Source of the DNA: an uncultured Poribacteria bacterium
Lineage (GTDB): Bacteria; Poribacteria; WGA-4E; WGA-3G
DNA length: 64,000 nucleotides
Direction of reading: 5' to 3'
Assembly (NCBI GenBank): GCA_958296135.2
Contig: CATQHZ020000001.1
Span: 1,760,001 to 1,824,000 of the forward strand
The notes under the pieces are model-generated. The model was not told the origin of the DNA. It saw only the letters and a list, made by a program, of their open reading frames with translations, and ran no database searches. This document shows positions 37,231 through 48,062 of the stretch, in pieces; the first letter of the stretch is position 1, and every line of letters begins with the position of its first letter. Made by a program: the position numbers and the translations under genes.

Positions 37231-39981
37231 CTACAAAGAGGACACTCTGCTTATACCCGAGGTCTTCGCAAACTGGATGTGGGCATGGATGAGCGTCTTC
37301 GTCGGACCGAAGGTTACCTGACAGATAGGTTTGTCCCAGCGATAGTGATACTCACTCCCGTAAGCGGATACTCCTGTCGGCAAGTAATTCTCCGGAACGT
37401 GAATGAAGCAGGTGCCTTCCGTTTGTCTGAGAGGCTTGCACACGAGCAGGTAACTTTGGTTTTGCCTGTCCCATCCGGCGGATAGAATCTCAACGCTTCC
37501 CTGCGTCCAGTGCATATCTGTGGCAAGTAGTTGCGGCACGTTCTGTTCTTCCCGCAAACAGAGCAGTTTCACCGAGCGCGGCGGGATGTTCAGCAATGTG
37601 ACGTTTTCAGACACGGTGCCAAGGTATTGGCGCATCCAAAAATCGTGGACGAGGTAGTCCTTAGATTTCGGAAGCCCAAGCGCGTCTAATTCAAAGTCAA
37701 CATCGTCCTCGTGGTCTGCCCAATTAAACACTGCGGCCAGGTGCCACGTTTCAGCCACATCTCGCGGCGAACTGCAAGGTTTGACAACGTCAAGAAGGCC
37801 TGGCAGCGAGATGTCCCAGCTTCGGTTATCCACCCCGAACGCATCGCGACATACAGAGAGACTCCAAATTCGGGGGAACGGTTCGTCGTAGAGCCCTATG
37901 GGTTTCGCCGCCGCGCCGGTAAGAGGGAAGAGTTTCGCCAAGAGTTCTGCCCGGTACGGTTTCAGCGTCGCGAGGGAATCGGAACAAAAGACTGCCCCGC
38001 CGCTGATGGCAGCGGCTGTCATCTCAACGATTGCCTCGTTGACAGGACGCGGCTCGTCAACCGCGAGTTCGCCGAAAACGTGATTCCACAACGTATTATG
38101 CTCACTCTGGTGGATGGCGTATCGGCTCATTCGGTGCTTCGTGCCGTTTGGGTGATGCCAGGGGCGGCTTTCATTTGCAGCGTCAGCCCCAGCAACCTGT
38201 CCGGCAAGCGGTGAATTGAGCGCGAAACTACCGATGCAGGGAGCAGCAATCACATTGTATCCAGCGAGAAGCACCTCTGTGGTAGGACTCGCGTCGGCTA
38301 CGGCTTCTTTGAGCACCTGAACGGCTAACCGATAAAGTTGCACTGAGGTAAGCGTGTTATCATACCATGTCACATTGTGCGGCGAAGACAGCACCGTGGT
38401 ATACGCGGAAAAGTCTGCCTGAATGAGTTCACATCCCCATTCGGCAACTATCCGTTGGACCTGCAGGCGAACATGAGCTTGCGCATCGGGATGTGAAACG
38501 TCCAACAAGGCGACTTTGGCGTTTCCACTCCCCGGCAGCAGCACCGCCGTAGGCGCGTTTCGGGAGCGCGCATCCGAACCCCGATTAGGGCGATTGTGCT
38601 GCCTGCCAGCACCTCCCCTCTTGTTCCCTCCGGTCGGGCGAAAAAACCTTTTTCCATCAGGTTCCAGCACTTGTAAGCAGCAGTCAGGATATCTCTGTAG
38701 CAACTCCGAGTCCAGCGCGGCGCAAAACGGATTTATTCGGATAGCCGCTTTGAACCCTTTCGCGTGAATGTGATTCACAATTTTTTGCATGTACGCGGGG
38801 CGTTCGGCGTGCATCTCTGGTGCAGAGACGGTTGCCTTACTGTTACGCCGAAACGCTGTCATCTCTGCCGGTTTTCCTGCAGAGATGTCCACTGTGCCAT
38901 CCTTGACGTTGTCAATGACTACGCTTGCGCTGTCAGCATCGGAATCAGCATTCGTTTCCGTAGCATCAATCTGGATGTATTCGATGCCGCCGGGGCAGTG
39001 TGGATGAAAGAGCGGGCTTTCCGCTAGCCGGTCTGCCTGCTCCAAGATGACATTCGCATTCGGCGAAGTGTTTTCAGCACTCGCGTCCACCAAATCAAGA
39101 AGATGCCACGCTCCGACAACCTGCCGAGTCGTTTGCGCGCCGTTCTGCGCCGCCACCAACTCGGTATAGTCGCGATACGCTGCTGCAGCCCTGTCAGTGA
39201 AATTGAGATAGACAGCATCTGAAGTCACCTCTTCACCTGCCTGACACGGATGCTGTTCGCACCGGTGATAGAGGGACCAGCGGTTAATCCCCGGCGACTC
39301 TTTTCCTACCACTTGATGGCCGACTTGAACCTGCGGCCACCATTTTTCAGTTGTTAGAAAGCCGAATACGAGTGCTCTTTGACTGTCTGTATCGTGAAGG
39401 ATACCACTCTGACACGGATGACTCGCCTCGGTTTCGCTGAGCCGAAACCCGTCGTAGAGTTTGCGACACCCGCCGGGAAATGTGGGCGGCGTGTTCGTGA
39501 AAAGATGATACGCCGAAGGTTTCCCACCGAGTTGCACTGCGCCGCGATTAGTTGAGATGCCGAGCAGCGTGACGCTGTCTAGTTCAATAGGGACAGGTTC
39601 TAGGTTTTCAACACCTACCCTCAACACGATATAAGGCGCATCGGGAAAGCAGTTGAGATACGTGTTGAGCCGGATGCCCTTTTCGGTGGCTTCGTAAGAA
39701 AACCGGATCTGGCGCGCGTCTTGAACGGCAGACCGACCGCGGGGGACAAGTCCTCGCGCTACGGTAGGGAGCGGTTCCGTGAAAAATTCGCGAGTGCCAG
39801 CGTCCTCCGTTGACACCGTGCTTCCATCGTGGAGTGTTATTTGTGTGCAGCCGTTCTTGATAATTGTCTGGCCGGTTCCATCAATGTAATCCCATGTCCC
39901 TTTTGCGAGATTGAACTTAATCTGAAATTTTTCGTGGTTTATCACGGCGAGGTTCCCCTGCCGTGAGACAGCTATTTCCAT
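37231..39981 (-). CDS. GH36/GH27-like alpha-galactosidase-fold protein (catalytic motifs degenerate)
   Basis: YIQID, IHAKGFKAAI.INPF, LDVSHP, ELIQADF, AVFNW, DFW..YLG. Confidence 0.6.
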   Translation of the reverse strand: MEIAVSRQGNLAVINHEKFQIKFNLAKGTWDYIDGTGQTIIKNGCTQITLHDGSTVSTEDAGTREFFTEPLPTVARGLVPRGRSAVQDARQIRFSYEATEKGIRLNTYLNCFPDAPYIVLRVGVENLEPVPIELDSVTLLGISTNRGAVQLGGKPSAYHLFTNTPPTFPGGCRKLYDGFRLSETEASHPCQSGILHDTDSQRALVFGFLTTEKWWPQVQVGHQVVGKESPGINRWSLYHRCEQHPCQAGEEVTSDAVYLNFTDRAAAAYRDYTELVAAQNGAQTTRQVVGAWHLLDLVDASAENTSPNANVILEQADRLAESPLFHPHCPGGIEYIQIDATETNADSDADSASVVIDNVKDGTVDISAGKPAEMTAFRRNSKATVSAPEMHAERPAYMQKIVNHIHAKGFKAAIRINPFCAALDSELLQRYPDCCLQVLEPDGKRFFRPTGGNKRGGAGRQHNRPNRGSDARSRNAPTAVLLPGSGNAKVALLDVSHPDAQAHVRLQVQRIVAEWGCELIQADFSAYTTVLSSPHNVTWYDNTLTSVQLYRLAVQVLKEAVADASPTTEVLLAGYNVIAAPCIGSFALNSPLAGQVAGADAANESRPWHHPNGTKHRMSRYAIHQSEHNTLWNHVFGELAVDEPRPVNEAIVEMTAAAISGGAVFCSDSLATLKPYRAELLAKLFPLTGAAAKPIGLYDEPFPRIWSLSVCRDAFGVDNRSWDISLPGLLDVVKPCSSPRDVAETWHLAAVFNWADHEDDVDFELDALGLPKSKDYLVHDFWMRQYLGTVSENVTLLNIPPRSVKLLCLREEQNVPQLLATDMHWTQGSVEILSAGWDRQNQSYLLVCKPLRQTEGTCFIHVPENYLPTGVSAYGSEYHYRWDKPICQVTFGPTKTLIHAHIQFAKTSGISRVSSL

Positions 39982-40167
39982 ATTTTTGTTGTTCCTAGTG
40001 TAGCGCGGGGGATGTTACGCCGAAACGCTGTCCTCGCTGCAGCCGCGCTGCAGCGGTGCCCACTGTCCCCCACAAGCCCTATGGCGGCTCTACCCGACGC
40101 AGGCCGTCTTGACGTTGTCAAGCCTTACGTGCTTTTGCCGCTTTCGCGTTTTGCACTGTGCGCGATT

Positions 40168-40890
40168 TTAAACCGCCCAGCAATGAATGAGTGTCGTCGG
40201 TTCGTCCCCTGTGTGGTGCAGGGTGAAGGTATCCTTCGGACTGAGGAAAATCACGTCGTGTGAGCAGAGTATCCGATTTTCCGTTTCCGTTTGGACTTCC
40301 GCGCTTCCGTTCGTTAGCACATAAACCGCCTCGGTTTCTAGCGGTTCGTGCGTAAACTCCTCGCCTGTGCAAAGTTGGATCCAGTCAAGTGAAAGATGCA
40401 CAGAACCTTTTTGCGGCGAGACGACACTTCGCCATTCCGCGGATTTGCCGAATACGGGGCCGCTTCGGGCCATGTTAATTACCTGCACGTCACTCCGATG
40501 TCCTTGCTGCGGCGTGGGAATTTCATTCGGCGTATCCCGTTCACCGCGGTAGAGGGCCATGTCCGGCGGAGCCTGGAAACTGATCAGGCGCGCCATATTC
40601 TCGGTGGTGTTCACAGTGCCATGGATTTCCCCGGCAGGCACAAAAATGACATCGCCCGCGGTAATTGGCGTGTAGACATTGCCCTGGCGGATTGCACCGC
40701 TACCCTCTAAGACGACAATAGCGTCCTCGGAGGCATCGTGATAGTGCTGCGTAAACTCTTGGCCGGGCGCGTGAAATCCATGGTTAAGCGTTAACTGTGT
40801 AGAGCCCATGTCGGGATGCACAACTCGCCAGTTTTTGCCCTTGCCCATCTGAAAGGGTGTTCCGGATTGGAGATTCAGAATTTGCATCAT
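40168..40890 (-). CDS. Bicupin protein
   Basis: HYH..SED...LEGSG, GDVIFVPAGEIH; second degenerate cupin domain. Confidence 0.8.
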   Translation of the reverse strand: MMQILNLQSGTPFQMGKGKNWRVVHPDMGSTQLTLNHGFHAPGQEFTQHYHDASEDAIVVLEGSGAIRQGNVYTPITAGDVIFVPAGEIHGTVNTTENMARLISFQAPPDMALYRGERDTPNEIPTPQQGHRSDVQVINMARSGPVFGKSAEWRSVVSPQKGSVHLSLDWIQLCTGEEFTHEPLETEAVYVLTNGSAEVQTETENRILCSHDVIFLSPKDTFTLHHTGDEPTTLIHCWAV

Positions 40891-40896
40891 CTATTC

Positions 40897-41463
40897 CTAT
40901 TCTGAGTGGCACGTCTGATAAAATGATAAAACGGTATCGCCGTAGGATTCTTGTCGCCTCTGTGTCAACTCTCCGATTGTCACCGGCAGATATGTCTGCT
41001 TTGAATGTTCAACGAGCAGCGTGCCGGTGTCACAGAGCAGGCGCGCCTCCGCAAGCAACGTTAGGCAGTCAATATAAAGCCCAGCACGATACGGCGGATC
41101 GAAGTAGATTACGTCAAACTGGGTGCGTCGTTGAAGATGTGAAATGCCCTTTGCAATCGGACAACGAAGCAGGCGCACTTGTCGATGCCTGCGCGTCACG
41201 TCGCACCCCGCAAGGTTACGTTCAATGATGTGGATGCACCGCGGCTCGCGTTCCACAAACGTGACGTGTTTCGCGCCGCGGCTCAATGCCTCGATGCCGA
41301 TGCTGCCTGTGCCTGCGCACAAGTCGAGAAAATTCGCGTCAACAACCTGTTCCCGGAGAATGCTAAACACCGATTCTTTGACTCTGTCTGTCGTTGGCCG
41401 CACGGTATTTCCCTTAGGCGCAGTCAAGCGTCTGCCTCTGAATTTACCGGCGATAACCCGCAT
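40897..41463 (-). CDS. rsmD: 16S rRNA m2G966 methyltransferase
   Basis: MRVIAGKFRGRRL, RPTTDRVKES.F, DLCAGTG.IGIEALSRGA, DPPY. Confidence 0.93.
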   Translation of the reverse strand: MRVIAGKFRGRRLTAPKGNTVRPTTDRVKESVFSILREQVVDANFLDLCAGTGSIGIEALSRGAKHVTFVEREPRCIHIIERNLAGCDVTRRHRQVRLLRCPIAKGISHLQRRTQFDVIYFDPPYRAGLYIDCLTLLAEARLLCDTGTLLVEHSKQTYLPVTIGELTQRRQESYGDTVLSFYQTCHSE

Positions 41464-41601
41464 CTTTTTGTTGTTCCTCGCGGTGGTTTGACGTTATCCT
41501 GTAGCAGGCCGTCTTGTTGTCAAGGCTGCCATGGCGGGGGACAGGCCCCCGCCCTACGGTGTGGGGCCGGCACGGCAGAGGACAAATCCCCTGTACGGTG
41601 A

Positions 41602-42909
41602 CTACGACGTAAACAGTTCTTCAATAACGTTGCCATCGTTGACAACGCGAATTGGGCGGCCAGAGCGTGAGTAGTTCTCTTCATGCGCGTCAATTCTAAG
41701 GGCGAAGCAAAGCGATGCAAACAAATCCGGCACGCCTATCGGATCTGTCAGCACCTTAACGCCATCAGCATCAGTGCTGCCGATAACCTGTCCGCCACGG
41801 ACTCCACCGCCTGCGATAACGGCAGACCAGCCGTTTGTATGATGGTCCCGGCCCTCATTCCTATTAATGCTCGGTGTCCTGCCGAATTCCCCAAGCCATA
41901 ACACGATAGTCTGGTCCAGCAGTTCACGTTCTTCCAAGTCTTTCAGGAGCATCGCAAACGCAGGATCGACGACGTTGAGGAGTTCTTCTGTGCGCTCAAA
42001 GTTGTTTTCGTGCGTATCCCATCCATCAAGGCTGACTTCAACGAAGCTCACCCCGGCTTCGACGAGCCTGCGCGCCATCAAGCAGCCTTGTCCAAACTTG
42101 TTCATACCGTAAGCCTCGCGGATAGCGAGCGGCTCCTCGGAAAGGTGGAACGCTTGTATATCCGGAGAGTTGATGAGCCGGTCTGCCTTTTTGTAAACCG
42201 CTTCATGTGCCTCCGTGCTGCGTCCGGTGCGTTTGGCGATGAAATCCTTCTCAATGGCGTTCAGCATCTTGAGCCGTTCGCGGAAGCGGTGCGTGTCCAT
42301 CTGTGCCGGATACAAAAGGTCTTCCACTGGCCTCATCGGGTCATTCACGACAAACGGGTCATGCGTCGCGCCCAAGAAACCGCCAGAATAAGTCGGCGAA
42401 TTGATATTAACACAATTCGGGAGGCTAGCAGCGTTATTCTCCAAGTAATAGGATGTCAGCGAACCGAGCGGCGGATGCTTCACCGCGCCGCCGGGGGCGT
42501 AACCGGTATGCAGCAAATAGCGTGCCCGTTCATGGTTTCCCTCACGGGACACCATGGAGCGAATGATAGCGAGATGGTGCGCCTGTTCTGCAACAAGCGG
42601 AAGATGCTCGGAGACCTGGGTGCCTTTCACACTCGTCGGAATCGCGGCGAACGGGCCGCCGTTTTTGCTACTCGGCTTCGGGTCGAACGTATCCAGTTGA
42701 CTGGCCCCACCGCTCATAAAGAGGACAATGCAGTGTTTTGCATGCGGCACAATCTCTTCAAGTTGTGCCAAACCTGGGGTGCCGAAGTGTTGCATCGCCA
42801 CGAGGCCAAGAATACCGCTCACGCCGCTCTTGAAAAACCCGCGCCGTGAAATCTCGGTATGCCACAATTCCGGTGTGTCGTATTCGGGAACCCACAGATA
42901 TGATTTCAT
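41602..42909 (-). CDS. DUF1501 domain protein with twin-arginine-like N-terminus
   Basis: SRRGFF, GGASQLDTFDPKP, LMARRLVEAGV, WDTH, GEFGRTP, GRDH. Confidence 0.85.
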   Translation of the reverse strand: MKSYLWVPEYDTPELWHTEISRRGFFKSGVSGILGLVAMQHFGTPGLAQLEEIVPHAKHCIVLFMSGGASQLDTFDPKPSSKNGGPFAAIPTSVKGTQVSEHLPLVAEQAHHLAIIRSMVSREGNHERARYLLHTGYAPGGAVKHPPLGSLTSYYLENNAASLPNCVNINSPTYSGGFLGATHDPFVVNDPMRPVEDLLYPAQMDTHRFRERLKMLNAIEKDFIAKRTGRSTEAHEAVYKKADRLINSPDIQAFHLSEEPLAIREAYGMNKFGQGCLMARRLVEAGVSFVEVSLDGWDTHENNFERTEELLNVVDPAFAMLLKDLEERELLDQTIVLWLGEFGRTPSINRNEGRDHHTNGWSAVIAGGGVRGGQVIGSTDADGVKVLTDPIGVPDLFASLCFALRIDAHEENYSRSGRPIRVVNDGNVIEELFTS

Positions 42910-43041
42910 GTTCTTCCTCCTTTGGTTCGCCCGATAGCCATTAAGAATCTAACGGACCTTTATCGGAATGGGTTCTTTTCATACTGATAATTATGTTATC
43001 ATATTTACGGTTTAAAATCAAGAAAATTTTGAGGAGAGACA

Positions 43042-43581
43042 ATGCAGAGAGACAAGGTGCTCTACCATTTCAGCGAAGAATCAGACATCCGCTCTTTTGA
43101 ACCGAGGTTTGCAACCCCCGAATTAGGCAAGGTGGTATGGGCAGTCTCCGATGCAGGTATGTATACATACCTCTTGCCGCGCGACTGCCCACGCGTCACC
43201 TTTCGCGCCGACAATAACACTACGCAAGAAGATATTCATCGCTTTTTCGGGCACAGCAGCGCGCAATACGTCGTGGTGATAGAAAGCGGCTGGCTCGCAA
43301 AAGTGCAAGCAACTACTCTCTATCGTTACCATATCCCTTGCGATATGTTCCGCCGCTATCGTGAGGATTCAATTTCGCAATACTACGTCTCACATCAGCC
43401 CGTTACGCCGTTATGCGTTGAACCCATCGAAGACTTGGTTAAAGCCTTAATAGACTTTGGGGTTGAATTGCGTATCATGCCCTCTCTGTGGCCGCTTTAT
43501 GACGCGGTGGTGAATTCAACACTGGCGTTTTCCATCATCCGCATGCGGCACGCACTCGCTCGCGATATTACAATGCTGTAG
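43042..43581 (+). CDS. Conserved hypothetical protein (DUF6886-like)
   Basis: LYHFSEE..I..FEPR, YLLPRDCPRV, FSIIRMR pattern recalled from memory; GAGGAG SD. Confidence 0.5.
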   Translation: MQRDKVLYHFSEESDIRSFEPRFATPELGKVVWAVSDAGMYTYLLPRDCPRVTFRADNNTTQEDIHRFFGHSSAQYVVVIESGWLAKVQATTLYRYHIPCDMFRRYREDSISQYYVSHQPVTPLCVEPIEDLVKALIDFGVELRIMPSLWPLYDAVVNSTLAFSIIRMRHALARDITML

Positions 43582-43682
43582 GCATGCCCGTGCTTTCGCG
43601 GGGCGACACACGCACGTTTGCTGTAGGCGTGCCCGTGACGGCCCTCGCCCTACGGTAAAGTGGCAGCTAAGCGGCGATGTTC

Positions 43683-45569
43683 TCATCGATGAAACCGCCG
43701 TTCTAATTCATCGCGCCCCATCTCGACGATGATGGGCCGTGAATGCGGACAATTGAAGGGAAGTTTCGCCTCCGATAACTCACGGACGAGATTCAGCATC
43801 TCCTTCGTGTCCAACGCATCTCCCGCTTTCACCGCGGATTTGCAAGCGAGAGTTATCAGTGCCTTGTCTAGTGCTTCCGGTAACTGCACTTCGCTAGGCG
43901 GTTCTTCAGGGAGTCCATCAAGCAAATCGGTGACGGCCTGCGCGGCGGCTCGAGTCGGTAATGGCGATGGAATCGCGCGGATTAGAATCGTGTTCCCGCC
44001 GAAGTCCTCCAGATCGAAGCCGAGTTTCTTGAAGATGTCGCCGTGCATCTTGAAGGTTGCAATTTGCTGCGGCGTGCTCTCTAATGTCACCGGGAGCAGC
44101 AGCCCCTGCACCGGAATGCCATCTTCTTTCAGTTGATGGACGAACCGTTCATAAAGTACCCGCTCCGCTGCGACATGCTGGTCGATGAAGAAAACCTTAT
44201 CCTTCGCTTCAGCGACGATATAGGTTTTGAAGAGGTTCGTCTTCAATTCAACGCCATCAAAATCGAGCAGTGTGAGCCGTGCTCCCCCGGGAATCGGCTG
44301 TTGCGGCGGCTGCACATTTTTTGTTGTGCCTAGCGGTTGTTCAGTTGCATCTGGGGGGTTGACATTGTCTTCACGAGCTGCAGTGACATCGTCAATGCTT
44401 GCGGTGCTGTCGTTCTGCACTCCAGCACCACTAGGTTTATTTGGATGGCCGCCCGTCCATGTAGGCGAAGGGCGTTGGCGCGGCGGCATTCGTCTTCCGG
44501 GGCGCGCTCCTGCAATATTGCGGACACCCCTGCCGTCTTCATCAGCGTTCTCAATGGGCGTTTCGATTTTCGGAATATACTTCGCTTTCTGGATAGCACT
44601 GCGAATGATTCGGACGATGCCGCTGTAAACCATCCGTTCGTTCCGGAACCGCACCTCAATTTTGGCGGGGTGAACGTTAACATCGACGGTATTCGGTTCC
44701 ATCGTGAGAAAAAGTAGCGCGACAGGTTGTCTATCTTTCGCCACCATCGCGCCGAGTGCTTCGGTGATAGCCGCGTTGATAATGCGGCTGCGGATCGGCC
44801 GCTGGTTCAGAAAGGAGAGTTGATAATCCCGATTCGGCTTCGTAAACTCCGGCTTTCCGAGGAGGCAGTACAGCTGCAAATCGGGCAGTTCCTCCTCAAA
44901 TTCAATGAGATTCTCCGCGAATTCTTTGCCGTAGATGAGCCGCGCGCGCGCCAGATACGTATCGCACGCACGGACATCCAAGATAGAACGGCCGTTGTGC
45001 GTCAGCGAAAATTGGATATTCGGGTGTGCAAGCGCAGCCCATGTCACCTGATTTGTGATATGGTTTACCTCTGTCGTGTCGCTTTTGAGAAACTTGAGGC
45101 GCGCGGGGACATTGTAAAAAAGATTGTTGATTGACATGTGCGTGCCAGGAGAACAGCCACTCTCTTGGACAGAGCGGAAGACACCGCCGTCAACGTTAAC
45201 CTTTGTCCCCTCCATTGCATCGGCTGCGCGGGTGAGTAGTTCAAACTGCGAGACAGAGGCGATACTTGCCAATGCTTCACCGCGAAACCCGAAAGTCTGG
45301 ATATTCTCGAGGTCTTCAATACGGTTCACTTTACTGGTAGCGTGGCGTTCCAAGGCGAGGAGCGCGTCCTCCCGTGCCATGCCGATGCCGTTATCGGAAA
45401 CACGGATAAGCCGTTTCCCGCCGGCCCGAATTTCGACGCGGATGTTGGTGCTTCCGGCATCGACAGCGTTCTCAACGAGTTCTTTGACTACCGATGCAGG
45501 CCGTTCTACAACTTCACCTGCAGCGATTTTATTTGCTACATCAGCGGAGAGTATTTTGATTTTTGGCAT
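43683..45569 (-). CDS. mutL: DNA mismatch repair endonuclease MutL
   Basis: IAAGEVVERPASVVKELVEN, GFRGEAL, DVNVHP.K, DQHxxxERxxYE, ACK, CPHSRP. Confidence 0.97.
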   Translation of the reverse strand: MPKIKILSADVANKIAAGEVVERPASVVKELVENAVDAGSTNIRVEIRAGGKRLIRVSDNGIGMAREDALLALERHATSKVNRIEDLENIQTFGFRGEALASIASVSQFELLTRAADAMEGTKVNVDGGVFRSVQESGCSPGTHMSINNLFYNVPARLKFLKSDTTEVNHITNQVTWAALAHPNIQFSLTHNGRSILDVRACDTYLARARLIYGKEFAENLIEFEEELPDLQLYCLLGKPEFTKPNRDYQLSFLNQRPIRSRIINAAITEALGAMVAKDRQPVALLFLTMEPNTVDVNVHPAKIEVRFRNERMVYSGIVRIIRSAIQKAKYIPKIETPIENADEDGRGVRNIAGARPGRRMPPRQRPSPTWTGGHPNKPSGAGVQNDSTASIDDVTAAREDNVNPPDATEQPLGTTKNVQPPQQPIPGGARLTLLDFDGVELKTNLFKTYIVAEAKDKVFFIDQHVAAERVLYERFVHQLKEDGIPVQGLLLPVTLESTPQQIATFKMHGDIFKKLGFDLEDFGGNTILIRAIPSPLPTRAAAQAVTDLLDGLPEEPPSEVQLPEALDKALITLACKSAVKAGDALDTKEMLNLVRELSEAKLPFNCPHSRPIIVEMGRDELERRFHR

Positions 45570-45714
45570 TTTTTGTTGTTCCTAGCGGTTATTTCGGCTG
45601 CCCTTGGCAGATGCTGTAGTGCGGGGGCCTGTCCCCGCGAGCACTATAGGACTTTGGATGATGGCGCGGGACAGGTTTTCCCTCGCCTTATGAACATGAA
45701 AGATTATCGTGCTC

Positions 45715-47784
45715 CTACCCGTTTTCATACAGATAACAGTGGCACGAATGCGCTTGGGTAAAATGCGTTACGCCGGGATATTTGTCCTTACAATGAGGCA
45801 TCACCTCCGGACAACGCGGATGGAAATGGCACCCCGCTGGCCGATTAATCGGCGATGGCACATCACCTTCCAATCGAATCTTTTCTACACCGCTCGCTGC
45901 ATCCATTTTGGGGACAGCCGAGAGGAGGGCGCGCGTATAGGGATGCTTAGGCGAATCAAAAATCTCCTCAGTAGTCCCGCGTTCTACAACGCGTCCGAGA
46001 TACATCACCGCCACCTCATCCGCAAGGTATTCTACGACGGAGAGGTTATGCGTAATGAGCAGGTAAGTAAGTCCTAGTTCACTTTGCAAGCCTTTGAGCA
46101 GATTCAGGATTTGCGCTTGCACCGATACGTCCAACGCGCTCGTTGCCTCGTCACAGACGATGAACTCCGGAGCGACAGCGAGGCATCGCGCGATGCAGAT
46201 GCGCTGCCGCTGGCCGCCGGAGAATTCATGCGGATAGCGTGTTACCATATCCGGCGATAGCCCCACCCGTTGCATCAACTCGGCGATGTGCTGGCGGCGT
46301 TCCGTCGCAGATTCCCCGATGTTGTGCGCCTGCATCCCCTCCTGAATAATATCCCCCACGGTCATCCTCGGATTTAACGAAGAATAAGGGTCTTGGAAGA
46401 TAATCTGCATCCGTTTCCGATATGGATGCAATTGCTGCCGCGTCGCCGTGGTGATGTCAACGCCATCGTAGAGGATGTCGCCTGTGACAGGGACACCTAA
46501 CCGGAGAATCGCCTTGCCGAAGGAAGTCTTCCCAGAGCCGGACTCCCCGACGAGTGCCAACGTCTTGCCGCGCGGAATAGCCAGATCGACATTGTCAACG
46601 GCATAAACATACCCGGCGGTGCGTTTGAAAATCCCTTTCAAAATTGGGTAATGAACGCAAATGTTCTTTAATTGTAGAGCCAGGTCTGGTTTCTCATCCG
46701 CGCGATTTGGGGCGACGTTCGCGTTTTCCACAGTTAACGCTTGGGGCGATTGCTCAATCGTATCCGCTCCCAGGTCTGCGGGAGCATAAAATGGCGGCGC
46801 AGCATTGTAGAGGTGACAAGCGATGCTATGCTGTGCCTCTTCGGGAGACGCGCGTTCGCTTGCGAAAATCGGCGCGATGCTCGCGCAGCCCTCCATAACC
46901 TTCGGACACCGCTCGGCGAACCGACAGCCTTCCCCATATGCCGTTGCTTTCGGGACGCGCCCGGTAATTGTCTGCAATTCGGAACCCCGTTTATGGCGCG
47001 CCGGCGTGGATGCTAGGAGTTTAACGGTATAGGGATGCTTCGGTGTTTTATAGAGCTGCTCCCACGTGCCCATTTCAACGATTTTCCCGGCATACATAAC
47101 AGCAACCCGGTCCGCTATATTTGCGACGACTGCCAAGTCGTGCGTAATCAACAGCACCGCCATCTGGAATTCTTGTTGGAGCCGCTGGATGAGCGCCAGA
47201 ATTTGTGCTTGGATAGTCACATCCAGCGCGGTCGTTGGTTCATCAGCGATAAGAAGAGTCGGCTGACAGGAGAGTGCCATCGCAATCATGACACGCTGTT
47301 TCATCCCGCCGGACATCTGGTGTGGATATTCATCGTAGCGCGCCGCAGGCTCCGGAATCCCCACCCGGTCTAACATTTCAATCGCCGCGTGTCGAGCGGC
47401 GGTGCCGCGGAGGTTCTGATGCAGGCGAATCGCTTCCGAAATCTGATTGCCCACCGTGAAAACGGGGTTGAGACTCGTCATCGGTTCTTGGAAGACCATG
47501 GCGATATCGTTGCCTTGAATCTTCCGTTTCTCGATGGCGGAAAGCCGCGTGATGTCCACGCCTCTGTAATAGATAGCCCCACCGGCGATAAACCCAGTCG
47601 GCTGCGGCACAAGTTGGATAAGCGATAGCGCGGTGACGCTTTTCCCGCAGCCTGACTCGCCGACTAGCGCGAAGATTTCGTTCTGCTGGAGCTCAAAAGA
47701 GATGCCATCTACAGCACGTGCCACCCCTTCGGGCGTGCGAAAATAAGTTCTGAGGTCTTGGACACTGAGCAATGTTTCGTTCAT
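45715..47784 (-). CDS. Peptide ABC transporter ATP-binding protein (fused OppD-OppF)
   Basis: Two Walker A motifs ([16 protein letters not shown]), YPH..SGG..QR, C-terminal C.F..RC motifs. Confidence 0.93.
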   Translation of the reverse strand: MNETLLSVQDLRTYFRTPEGVARAVDGISFELQQNEIFALVGESGCGKSVTALSLIQLVPQPTGFIAGGAIYYRGVDITRLSAIEKRKIQGNDIAMVFQEPMTSLNPVFTVGNQISEAIRLHQNLRGTAARHAAIEMLDRVGIPEPAARYDEYPHQMSGGMKQRVMIAMALSCQPTLLIADEPTTALDVTIQAQILALIQRLQQEFQMAVLLITHDLAVVANIADRVAVMYAGKIVEMGTWEQLYKTPKHPYTVKLLASTPARHKRGSELQTITGRVPKATAYGEGCRFAERCPKVMEGCASIAPIFASERASPEEAQHSIACHLYNAAPPFYAPADLGADTIEQSPQALTVENANVAPNRADEKPDLALQLKNICVHYPILKGIFKRTAGYVYAVDNVDLAIPRGKTLALVGESGSGKTSFGKAILRLGVPVTGDILYDGVDITTATRQQLHPYRKRMQIIFQDPYSSLNPRMTVGDIIQEGMQAHNIGESATERRQHIAELMQRVGLSPDMVTRYPHEFSGGQRQRICIARCLAVAPEFIVCDEATSALDVSVQAQILNLLKGLQSELGLTYLLITHNLSVVEYLADEVAVMYLGRVVERGTTEEIFDSPKHPYTRALLSAVPKMDAASGVEKIRLEGDVPSPINRPAGCHFHPRCPEVMPHCKDKYPGVTHFTQAHSCHCYLYENG

Positions 47785-47790
47785 AAAACT

Positions 47791-47820
47791 AGTATAGCAT
47801 GTACGTTATAGAAAAATCAA
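47791..47820 (-). promoter_or_regulatory. sigma70 promoter, predicted leaderless transcript
   Basis: TTGATT-18 nt-TATACT with extended TG; ATG 7 nt downstream; no SD. Confidence 0.6.
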
Positions 47821-47908
47821 GGCAAAGTTTTGTCTGTCCGAGCAGTTACCCCATTGTCGCCTGATTTGTCGGATGTCCGCTGCGATAGCAAGTTGTAAAA
47901 AATAACGG

Positions 47909-47937
47909 TTGACAAAAACGCGTTTTTCTGCTAATTT
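47909..47937 (+). promoter_or_regulatory. sigma70 promoter with a palindrome in the spacer
   Basis: TTGACA-17 nt-TAATTT with extended TG; AAAACGCGTTTT in the spacer. Confidence 0.5.
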
Positions 47938-48062
47938 AACAGTAAACTCGATTCCTTATTAGCAGGACGGACGCAAATTCCGAAAACGCCCGTTCGGTAG
48001 GCGCGATTAAAAAGCGCGCCTCCGGAGTTTGTTCTGCGTAAGTCCTATTAGGAGAGATTCTC

